Of a stretch of 20,000 nt of DNA, positions 1 through 9,900 are shown piece by piece. Within the stretch, counting starts at the first letter, position 1, and each line of letters begins with the position of its first letter. The position numbers were made by a program, and so were the translations under genes. The DNA comes from an uncultured virus (IMG/VR IMGVR_UViG_3300044825_002550) (taxonomy: Duplodnaviria; Heunggongvirae; Uroviricota; Caudoviricetes): IMG/VR virus record IMGVR_UViG_3300044825_002550; one strand, 5' to 3'. The notes beneath the pieces are model-generated. The model did no database searches, was not told the DNA's origin, and worked only from the letters and a program-made list of their open reading frames with translations.

Positions 1-294
1 ACTCCTGTAACCTCTATACGCTTCTATACCTCTAACCCTTTCCTAAACCCTACTACCGGTACTATCTCCGCTATCTTTACTCCCGCTATTTCTGTTGATA
101 ATCTATATATCTACAATACTAATACTATTCAAGTAAATATTATATCCAATAATACTCTTTACTATGCTGGTCTTTTAGCTGCTGATACCACTATTCTACT
201 GGCATCTAAACTGTCTACCCCCCTCACTGTTGTCGCTGGGCAACAACTCTCTATTCAACCTAATGAATTTGCTGTCTCTTTTATTAACCTTTAA
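1..294 (+). CDS. 3' part of a small beta-rich hypothetical protein, possibly a phage tail/virion structural protein (5' end outside window)
   Basis: Frame +1 is open from base 1 to TAA at 292-294: TPVTSIRFYTSNPFLNPTTG...NTNTIQVNIISNNTLYYAGLLAADTTILLASKLSTPLTVVAGQQLSIQPNEFAVSFINL*. It has the same T-ending codon bias as the neighbouring genes. The pattern 'YAGLL..LLASKL..PLTVVAG..L.I' resembles small phage tail-fibre-associated proteins (recall only). Absent from the ORF track because it has no start in the window. Confidence 0.7.
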   Translation, partial: TPVTSIRFYTSNPFLNPTTGTISAIFTPAISVDNLYIYNTNTIQVNIISNNTLYYAGLLAADTTILLASKLSTPLTVVAGQQLSIQPNEFAVSFINL

Positions 295-335
295 GAGTAC
301 ATTTACCTAGTTTTAACAGTTTACTAACTATATTT

Positions 336-2132
336 ATGTCTATTAAGAATAAAGGGTTTGACCTTGATGGATTTCTTGATGATTTAGCTGATAGTATCCA
401 AGATGAGTTTGGTGCCGCAACTGAAGAGTTTAATATTGTAGACTTTGTAGAGAATCAAATAGATAAAGTTAGCTGGGGCGTTAAAGAATTAAACCCCCGT
501 CAATGGGTTCTTCTTAAAACTTTTTATAGCCTCCCTTTATCTGACGACGAAATCTCTATACTCGAGGCTTGGTACGCTCTTGACCGTACCTCCCTTAACC
601 CTATTTCTAATTACCCCCCTCAACAACCTTTCCAAGCTCTTATTGTTGAAGCTGGTCGTAGAGGTAGTAAAAGCTTTACCGCTTCTATTATTGTCGCCTT
701 TGAGTTCTGTAGACTCTGTCTTATGAAATCTCCCCAACTCTACTACGGTATTGCTACCTCTACCCCTATTTCTATCTACTGTATCGCTACTAGTGCTACT
801 CAAACTAAACGTACTATATTCGCTCAAGCAAAAGCTTTACTTGAGCACATACCTGCTATAAAAAGGTTAGTTGATAGAAAGAAAGTAATTATAGGCGAAG
901 AAGAAATAAAGTACCCTGATAAGTTGTTATATATATACAGCGGTAACTCAAATTCAGCTTCTCAGGTCGGCTCTTCTGTTATTTGCTTAGTTATGGATGA
1001 AGTGGCTAGATTTGATGACGAAGGTAAAGATAATGATGAAAGCAATGCTCTCCAATTATGGTCAAATATTGGTATCTCTGGTGTAACTTTTGGTAAAGAT
1101 GCTAAACGCATCGCTATTAGTTCCGCTTGGTGTGATGGCGATGCTATACAAAAGCTGTACAGTCTTACTAAAGAGTCTCCCGGTACTTTAGGCTTTAGGT
1201 TACGTTCTTGGGATTTAAACCCCGTACACGCCGCTAGAGACAATCCTGTAGTTCAATCTGAATATTTGTTAGACCCTAGAAAAGCTGCTCTTGAATTTGA
1301 AGGTATTCGCTTTAATAAAGCTTACTCTTTCTTTACTGATGATGATATACAAAAAGCTTTTAGAGGCTCTACTTCTATCTCTGTCTCTAAATTAAAATCT
1401 CCTGATTCTATTGTTCGCCTTCAAATTGATGATATTCTACCTACTATTAACGGTAGCGTTATGCACTTAGACCCAGCTTTCGTTCGTGATAGCTATGCCA
1501 TCGCATTTGGTCATAGAGAAACTATTAAAGGTGATAGGTTTGCTATTATTGATGGTCTTCTTGTCTGGGAACCTGATGTTAACCAACAAGTTGGTATAAC
1601 TAATATTTATAAATGCATTTATGAAATACATAACCGCCGCCCTCTATCTAAAATAACTTCTGACCACTATAACCCCGAAACCGTTCAACATCTTAGAAAT
1701 AATGGCCTAAACGCTTCCGTTATTACTTTCTCTCAAGGTAAACAACTTGAATTGTACGACTTCTTTAGAAAAATGCTTCATGAGGAGCGTGTTATTCTAC
1801 CTAATAACTCCCCTTGGTCTTCTAAGCTAAAAGATGAGCTTTTTGGTATACAATTAATAAAGGGTAAAAAGATTGATCATAGGCGAGACGGTTCTAAAGA
1901 CATCGCAGATGCTTGTGTAGCCGTAGTGTGGCATCTAATGTCAGACTTTAATTTAACAGCAACTCCTGTTAGTAACTCCGTAAAACCTACTCAACCTATA
2001 CCTTTTAAAGATGATTTAGCAGATTTAGGATTCTCTTCAGCTAAAGAGTTAGTAACTCAAGTTAAAAGATCTTATTCTAAATGGGATTCTAAATATCTTA
2101 GCGAACCTTCCTGGCTCTCTGATGATATTTAG
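336..2132 (+). CDS. terL: Phage terminase large subunit (DNA packaging ATPase-nuclease)
   Basis: Terminase-type Walker A 'AGRRGSKS' (651-674), post-Walker-A 'IATSATQTKRTIF', Walker B 'CLVMDEVARF' (~984-1013), coupling motif 'AISSA', RNase H-like nuclease acidic motifs 'MHLDPAFVRDSYAIAFGH' (from 1461), 'ITSDHY' and C-terminal 'IDHRRDGSKDIADAC'. Length (598 aa) is typical. Confidence 0.92.
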   Translation: MSIKNKGFDLDGFLDDLADSIQDEFGAATEEFNIVDFVENQIDKVSWGVKELNPRQWVLLKTFYSLPLSDDEISILEAWYALDRTSLNPISNYPPQQPFQALIVEAGRRGSKSFTASIIVAFEFCRLCLMKSPQLYYGIATSTPISIYCIATSATQTKRTIFAQAKALLEHIPAIKRLVDRKKVIIGEEEIKYPDKLLYIYSGNSNSASQVGSSVICLVMDEVARFDDEGKDNDESNALQLWSNIGISGVTFGKDAKRIAISSAWCDGDAIQKLYSLTKESPGTLGFRLRSWDLNPVHAARDNPVVQSEYLLDPRKAALEFEGIRFNKAYSFFTDDDIQKAFRGSTSISVSKLKSPDSIVRLQIDDILPTINGSVMHLDPAFVRDSYAIAFGHRETIKGDRFAIIDGLLVWEPDVNQQVGITNIYKCIYEIHNRRPLSKITSDHYNPETVQHLRNNGLNASVITFSQGKQLELYDFFRKMLHEERVILPNNSPWSSKLKDELFGIQLIKGKKIDHRRDGSKDIADACVAVVWHLMSDFNLTATPVSNSVKPTQPIPFKDDLADLGFSSAKELVTQVKRSYSKWDSKYLSEPSWLSDDI

Positions 2133-2245
2133 CTCTTTTTAAACTCTGCTTCTTTTAGGCTGTTATTACAGCATAGTGCCTATTTTTCTAACTTATTTTG
2201 TTCTTGGTTACAGTGTTTTTAGCTCTATAGTTACTGTTCTTTATT

Positions 2246-3109
2246 ATGTTAACAAAACACCAGATTGATAGGTTTAACTCCTGCCATAGCCTACATTTCT
2301 CTCTCTCCCCTATTACCCTTTTTATGGGGCATAACAACACAGGTAAATCATCTATCCTTAGACATATTTATTATAAACGTAACGCAGAACATGTTCTTTA
2401 TCTTAACTCCCGCCGCGCTATTATTCCTAACTATTACTACCTTAAAGACCCTATCACTTTCTTAGCCGGCATTAATGGTCAGTATATCTATCCTTTCTTT
2501 ATAGCTCTTAAAAAAAGTGTCCCTAACTTTGAAGCTACTCTCTCTAAAACTCTCTCTGATCTTAATCTTGTTCAATCTATATCGTTAAAACAATCTACTA
2601 CTAAACCTAATAAGTATAAGATTATTGCTAAAACGTTTGATGGCTTTAAAGTTGAGGTTAATAAACTTGGTACTTCTGTTAACTCCATTCTACAATTACT
2701 AATCTTATTAGAATTTGTTAGTAACGATACTACTTTGGCTCTTGATAACCCTGATGCTGGCTTAGACCCTCAATTACAAGTAGCTCTAGCTGATATATTA
2801 ATAGATTACTATAAAACTAAAAACTTACAGTTTTTAGTGGAAACTAACAGCATTAACTTTCTTAGAAGATTTCAACGAAGGATAGCAGAAGGCTCCTACT
2901 ATAACACTAAGTTTAAAGTATATAACGTTTACTTAGACAATAATTACAAAACTAAGCTAACTACAGCACTTGTAGATGAGGAAGGAAATATAAGTAACTG
3001 GGACGATATACTAGGAGATTCCTCTACAGCAATAGAGATAGAAGATTTAGATGCTATACTCCAAGCTAATATTCTAAAACAATTAGAAAGTACTAAAAAG
3101 CCAGAGTAG
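2246..3109 (+). CDS. ABC/AAA_21-family ATPase-like protein with DUF3696-like C-terminus; catalytic motifs degenerate
   Basis: N-terminal 'SPITLFMGHNNTGKSSIL' Walker A (2327-2350); signature-like 'LGTSVNSILQLL'; Walker B/D-loop 'TTLALDNPDAGLDPQLQ' (core 2741-2770); H-loop position 'FLVETNS' (VETNS at 2837-2851); then 'LRRFQRRIAE' and 'VDEEGNISNW', which I recognise as typical of AAA ATPases ending in DUF3696. Confidence 0.8.
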   Translation: MLTKHQIDRFNSCHSLHFSLSPITLFMGHNNTGKSSILRHIYYKRNAEHVLYLNSRRAIIPNYYYLKDPITFLAGINGQYIYPFFIALKKSVPNFEATLSKTLSDLNLVQSISLKQSTTKPNKYKIIAKTFDGFKVEVNKLGTSVNSILQLLILLEFVSNDTTLALDNPDAGLDPQLQVALADILIDYYKTKNLQFLVETNSINFLRRFQRRIAEGSYYNTKFKVYNVYLDNNYKTKLTTALVDEEGNISNWDDILGDSSTAIEIEDLDAILQANILKQLESTKKPE

Positions 3110-3139
3110 TAACTAAACATTTTTTATCTTGTGTGTTTT

Positions 3140-3170
3140 AAAGGTAGCCGCGCGGCTACCTTTTTAATTT
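3140..3170 (+). terminator. Intrinsic (rho-independent) terminator, possibly partly bidirectional
   Basis: Perfect 24-bp palindrome AAAGGTAGCCGC/GCGGCTACCTTT (3140-3163) running into TTTTTAATTT (3161-3170), about 30 nt after the ATPase stop codon. It is a GC-rich stem in an AT-rich intergenic region. Confidence 0.8.
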
Positions 3171-3295
3171 CTCTTACTTTTTCCTATACGTTAGTTTAGC
3201 TATTACTTTCTAGCCCCTCTCCTCCCTCTCTCCTTCCATCTCTTTTAACCTCTAATACTATCTTTTCTTCTACCCTCTAATACTTTCTTCCCTCT

Positions 3296-3862
3296 ATGTC
3301 TAATACTAATCTTTTTTATAATCCTGTCCTACCTTTAACTTATAGCCCTATTGCTTTAGAACTAGTCTCTGCTTATAAACTTAACGAGGTAACCCCGACT
3401 ATTGACTTTACTAAGTATTCTCTTTATATCCAACCACCTCGTTCTTCTCGCCCTTCTATTCAACACTACCTCCCTCAACCTTTTCGCATTCAATTCCCTT
3501 CAAACGGTATTCTTAAACTAGAACTTGTCCCCTCTGATATTTACCTTCCTATTGGGCGCTACCATGTCTCTTACTATAAAGAAGATGTCTCTAAACCACT
3601 TGATAAACAAGTTTGGATTGTTCGTAGCCGCCCTCTTATCTCTTCCTATTCTTTCTTGCTTAATACTAACCCCTACTCCCTTCCCCTCACTTTCTGGGAC
3701 GTTCTCTCAGTTAACTCCTCTTCCTCTTTCTCTTATGAGAATAATATGCTTAATGTCTTCTCTGACAACCTTCTTAATACTATCATCAATATCACATTTC
3801 AACCAGCTCTAACTGTCGACCAGTTGGTTGAATATAACATAAATACACTACCAAATAATTAA
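3296..3862 (+). CDS. Hypothetical protein, possibly beta-rich virion structural protein
   Basis: 188-aa ORF with the same T-ending codon bias as its neighbours, filling the gap between the terminator and the giant ORF. The segment 'GILKLELVPSDIYLPIGRYHVSY' looks like beta-strand modules of phage tail proteins, but no family could be named. Confidence 0.7.
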   Translation: MSNTNLFYNPVLPLTYSPIALELVSAYKLNEVTPTIDFTKYSLYIQPPRSSRPSIQHYLPQPFRIQFPSNGILKLELVPSDIYLPIGRYHVSYYKEDVSKPLDKQVWIVRSRPLISSYSFLLNTNPYSLPLTFWDVLSVNSSSSFSYENNMLNVFSDNLLNTIINITFQPALTVDQLVEYNINTLPNN

Positions 3863-3918
3863 CTATCTCTCTTGTTATTCTTACGTTAAAATACACAATA
3901 TAAAAAGGTCTTAAAGGT

Positions 3919-6900
3919 ATGGAGTTAGAGTCTTTAGAACAGAATAGAAGGTCTTCATTTAGTTTAGCTGATACAGCTCAAACACTTTACCCTTCTATTA
4001 GTAATCCTTCTTCTTTAAGTTCTTTCTCCTCTTTTACCTCTAATAACCCTCAACTTTCTCTTTTTAATAATTCCTCTATATTACTAGCTTCAAATACCTC
4101 TTTAGCTTCTACTTCTACTAATACTACACCTAAACCTTTCGGCACTCTCTTAGATAAAAAACATACATTTTATAATTCACGGGACATAGGTAAAGGCTTA
4201 ATGGGATTTTTAGAAGAGTCTAAACCTAATAGTTTAAAAGGTGCTTTTTACGAACTATCCTCAAACCCACAGTTTCTTAAAGTCTTTTCTGAAAAAGCTA
4301 AAGACGATGGAATTGTTGTTTCTATGGGACCCGGTAATGTCTCTTTAACCGAGAGTATGGTAGAAAGTTCATCTATAGCACTAAACTCTATTCTGAGTCT
4401 TAAAATTATAGGTGCTTTTAATTCCGGCGTAGGAGAAATAATAAACTATGCATCTGAAAAACTTACCGGTAACCCTATATATAAAACCTCTGAAGAGCAG
4501 AAACAAAGTACAGAAAGCGTCAACACCGCTCGATTTGTTAATTCTTTGCAATATGGTTTATTAGGATACTTAGCAGAACCTGTTGTTTCTAATTCTATAA
4601 ACCTTTTCTCTACTACCCCTAAGTCAGGTTCTTTTAAACCAGGTAGTTTTGGTAGAAAGGCTTTAGTCTCTCTCTTTGTTGGTAGTCTTGGCTATGTGTT
4701 TTCTCCTACTACTATAGACTCTACACATCTTTCTGAGCTAAATACAGCTCGTATGCGCTTTATACCTAATTCAGCTTTAAAAGCTTATGGTTTAACTGTT
4801 GGCACGGATTCTGATACTCCACAACCTTCAAGAGGCAATTGGTTTCATCACGCAGTTGCTATGTTCTCTAGAACTTTTCTTTTAGGTGGTGTTGATGTTA
4901 CTAATAAAACTATACCTTATGCTGTAGAATATAGTAAGAACTCTTCTAACCAAAATCAGGTTAGTAATTATATTGTTCACTCTAAATTCTTTGTAGAAGA
5001 AGAAGGTCGCTCAGACCGTTATTTTGTGTCCACAGGTAATCTTAATACTTTAGTTGAAGTCTATAATACCCCGGCCGATAAACGACATAAACAAATTAAC
5101 TATGCTATCTCCGGTAATGACCCCCAAATCGCAAAAGACCTTAGAGAGGTAGCTACTTTTTTAGCTACCGCACAACCTTCTGATACCTTTTTACCTTTAC
5201 AGGAAAAACTTACTTCTAAGAAAGTAAGTATTGGAGGTATGGGCAGTAATTCTACACAAGAAATTATTAACTTGATACAGGAATCTAAAGGCGAAATATA
5301 CGGGGTTATGCCCTATGCAACGGACTCAGACATAGCTAACGCTTTTGTTACAGCTCAAAAACAGGGTAAAAAAGTCTCTATTTTTATTAAAAACCCCCTC
5401 GGTGTAGATGGCCAACAACAAAGCTCTAACTTTGCTAGAATTTTACTAGAAGGTGGTGTTGATGTACTAATAGTTCCAGAAAATTCTAAGGCTTTTCCCC
5501 ACGCTAAAGTTATTGCTTCTAAAGATACTCTTCACCTTGGTAGTCATAACTTCAGTAAAAACTCATCACGACATGTTGCTGAAGTTAGTTTACAGTTTAG
5601 ATCTTCAGGTATTGGTATACCCGTTATAGATGCTATAAAACAGGATATAAAGGACGACAAGGCAATCACCCTAAATAAAACTAAACTAGAAACTTTAATT
5701 AACCAAGCCGCATTAAATAAAGATTACTCAGCGCTTCGCTTATACAAAGCTATGTATCCAGAGGGGGATATAAAAGAAGCTCAAACAAGAATATCGACAA
5801 AGAATGATTTAGTTCAGTTTCTTATGCCAGATATGTTGTCTATTGGTGGCGTATTAAATAATAAGCTTAACTCCAGCGCTGTCTTTCTTCCTACTTCTAT
5901 TCCTACTGAGTACTACTCTCGTCATGGGTTTAACCTTAATAATACGCCTGATATCTACCAACATCTAAGGTACGGGTTGGATAAACAATCTTCATTGGAA
6001 AAATTCTCAGCTTTCTATGCTGATTTTGCTTTACAACACCCTTTTTCTATTGGTCTTGGTGCTTATATTAATGCTGGATTTCCTAACCTCTATAAACCTA
6101 ATGATGGTTTATTCTCTACTATTAGCAAAGGCGTAGGCCGATTCTTAGATACTCTAACTGGTCATTATACTAACATGTATTACAAAGACCTAAGAGCTGG
6201 TCTAGTTTATGGTAATATGAAAGACTTTCATAAAGCTGCTTATCGTAAAGATGACAGGCGCGGTTTCTTTGAAAGTACTTTATATACTTTTAGCTCTGCT
6301 ATGTCTAGCACTGCTTATTCCCTTGCTTTTTACTTTGGGATAACTCATAGTATCGCTATTGCCCGCGCTAAATTTGAAGATATAGGTACTGATTATATAT
6401 CTCAACTTGACTTTCAAAAAACTCCTAAGTTTATACAAAAAGTATACTTTGATGATACTACTATAAGTCGCTTGAATGTAATAAATGATGTAACTCAGGC
6501 CTTAAAAACCTCTCCTAATCCTGCACAATTAGGTAAAGTCCTAGATGAGTACTATAACTATATTATTAATGAAGCAGCTTCGACGCCCCTTTCTTTAGAC
6601 TCTGAAATTAAATCTCAGTTTGATACATTCAAAGTATCAAGTGACATTATAGATAAAGATATTAATCTAGTAAGAAATGCAATATCTACCGGCTCCTTAG
6701 ACCCCTCTGATTTAAACTCCATTGCTACTTTTAAAAAATCAACTTTTGGGGTGGATAGCACTCAAATTACTTTTAATACCTTGAGTAATCGCCCCGCCCT
6801 TTTTAATACTGTTAGCTTTCTAAGAAATATTGATAGCTCCCATTTTACTAACATCATTGAACCTATTATACGAGATATAGCTGTATACGAAGACGTTGAC

Positions 6901-9900
6901 AAAACCCTGTTTGAAAATACTTTAAGTAAATTAAAACAAAATATATCTGGGGGTATCAGTTTAATCTTTAAAAGCAACGACATCTATAATGACATTCTTA
7001 ATGTACATAACTTTGGTTATAAACGTCTGGAAGAAATAGCCAGTCAACTAGACACGTTAGCCAGTTTTATCCCTGCTAATCCTTTTCTATACTACAAACC
7101 TTATAGACAAGCTCGGGGTGTAACTACCCTTAAACAACAAAATATTACCCCAAGCGGCCAGATTATTCAAGATAGTATATCCCTTAAAAGCCTAATCGGT
7201 CCCGGCTTCTCTGGCTTGACTTCCTTTACTAATCAAGTTCTACAACAAGTAAAAGAAGTTAAATTAGATAAGTTTATATCAGAAAGCTATAATGCTTTTA
7301 CCCTACAGAACAAACTTATTAAAAATGAAGTCAAAATCGCTAGGAGAATAGATAAACTCTTAAGAAATGTAGACCCAGGTCTATTACAAGATTTAACTGA
7401 CTTAAGTAAGGGAACTTTATCAAGTCCTCTAAAAGACCTTTCAGATAATCTAAAAAATCAGCTAGGAGCAGATATTGCGGACTTGCTAGATGACCCAAAA
7501 TTACAAAGCTTAGTTGACCAATACCTTATAGATTATGAGAAGTTTTCGACAACAACAAAGTTTTATAGTAATGACTCTATAGATAAAATTAAAGATAATA
7601 GCAATAAAGGTTTAAATAAGACTTTACGTTCTGTACTTTTTTCGGCTGGTCCTATTCTTATCTTAGATAAGTTGTTAGACCCTCATGTAATGCAAAACAG
7701 CGGCGATTTAATATCTCAAATCTTTGCTGATTTTAACCTCACCCGCACTAAGGACGAAAACCGTGTAAGCCAAATAGAGTTTACTGGCGGTATACCTTTC
7801 TACTTGAAATACCCTATCATTCTATCTGGTTTTATTACCGGCGGCTACGCTTTACCTTCTCGTAAATCTACTTATAGCGCTGTCTCTCGATTAAACGCTA
7901 CTTTACAAGCACGTTACCAAAATGTTGACCTCTCTACTTTAGGTGTTACAGACTCTCTATTAAGAACTGCAGAAAAAGAACTACGTGCCGCTGCTTCTGC
8001 TGCTTCTTCTTCAACTCCAGATCTTGATAGTAACATAGCTAAATATTTATTTAGCGACCGAGGAGATAGACTAAGGTTAAAGTTCGGCTATATGGGCGCT
8101 TTTTTAGGAGGCTCCGCAGCACTTATCGCTACACAAACAGTATTTAATCTCACTGCAGCTACTCTAAACTTTATAAAATCCGTTGATAGAGGAGAAGGCC
8201 AAAAGCCTAGTTCTGAAGAGATGGCAGCAGGCCTAAAAGTTATGAGCATTATTAAAAGGTCTTTAACTACACAAAAAACCTCAAATAAAGCTACTGTTGA
8301 TGAAATTGCTTCAAGGGAAGTCTTGCGTTTAGGAGCTCTTAACCTGACTTACGGAAGGGATAAACGCCCATCTTATATCTATACCTTCTCTAGTCAAATC
8401 CCAACACCGTTATTTCAAGCTACTTTAGTTAGTAAATTTGATAAACAAGGTAGTGCTCTTACTTATGGCTTGGGTTTTCAGTTTGTTCCTATTCTCGGTT
8501 CAGGCTCTATTCCTACTGCTCCTTTTAGTATTAGTGTAAGACCTTTACGCAATACTGTAGAGGCTAAACGGGAACTATATAAAAAGTCTCTCTTATCCTT
8601 AGCTTCACCTTCATCTACCTCTGTTGACCAACTTAAACAGCAGTATGAACAACAAATGCAAATTGCTGGGTTTTTCTCTTTGTTGTCTTTTCCTGGACAA
8701 TTTTTATCTGTTGATAAAGATACTACTTTAGGTTCTGCTATAAACTTTTTAGGTGCTACTTCTTATATTTCTACTCTTGCTTCTAAACTACCTAAATCTA
8801 TAAGCTCCTCAGACAGAACTTTTAGATATCTTACTGCTTTTTCTTTTGACACTATCCGTAATCTTGTAGGCTATAGCCAATCTTTAACGGTAGCCCTGCC
8901 CAATGCTTTTCTTAAAGCTGGCACTTCTTTATTAGGCGACTCTTATATAAAAGCTATTGGCCCTAAAGCACGTAAATTTTCTCCTTTTATCCTTTCTTAT
9001 ATGTATGCTTCCGGTATTACTGCACCTGAAGGTTCTTTTTCTAACGTAGGTTCCCAATTTATAAACCCTGTAGTTAGCGAGATACACAGATTTTTTACAG
9101 CAGTAGCCCCAATAACATTAATTTACGGTTTTGGTTTACACCACGCTAAAGTCTTTAGCCGCGCTCAAGATATTAACCCCTCTGATACAGCTACTGATTT
9201 TATATCTACCAAACAAAAAGAAATTAAAAAGATCTATGAGCAAGCTACAAAGTCTCTTGACCCTTCTTTACTTAAAAACTACGAGCTACCTCTAATAAGA
9301 ACAGCTAATTTACGCCTTAATATTGCTGCTCGCCGTATTTTCTCTATTAGTGCTATACTCGGCGCGGTTGGTCTTTTGGTAAACTCTACTAACTCACAAA
9401 ATTTTAGATTTGGATTCCTTGATATTATTTCTGATTCTCAAATTAAACAGCTTAGCCCTACAGAACGCATTCTACAATCTAACTATTCTTCTGCGCGCTA
9501 TAACCCCTCCTCTTCTAGCGAAGCTTTTTCTTCTTACGCTGATTACCTTACCCGCTCTCTTCTAGGTATCTTTGGTGTACAAAACCTGTTTTATAGAGAT
9601 GACCCTAACGCTTTCCTTTCTCTTGCAGGTCCTTTTGGTATTAGTGAAACTCAACCAAATAAACTTCGCGGCTATACTCAGGCTCAAAGCTCTTCTGCTG
9701 ATATCAGTGGCTCTAAGGTTACTCTTGCCGCTCAACTTGCTAGCTCCGATTTCTCTATGCAACTTAAAGCTATGCTATCAGAAGCTAGCTCTAAAGACGA
9801 AACTACTACACAACTCTTTCACCGTCTTTTTGCTTATCCTAGAAAAGAGCCCGCTAAACTTAGCCGTTATATCTCTCAAAGTGAATATGGATTAATTAGA

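Noticed and set aside
537..1243. Minus-strand ORFs 537-827 and 962-1243
   Set aside because: Antisense shadows within terL with no recognisable motifs.
2265..3812. Hydrophobic alternative-frame ORFs 2265-2465 and 3525-3812 as holin/spanin-like genes
   Set aside because: Fully nested in better-supported ORFs; their hydrophobicity follows from T-rich third positions shifting to codon position 2.
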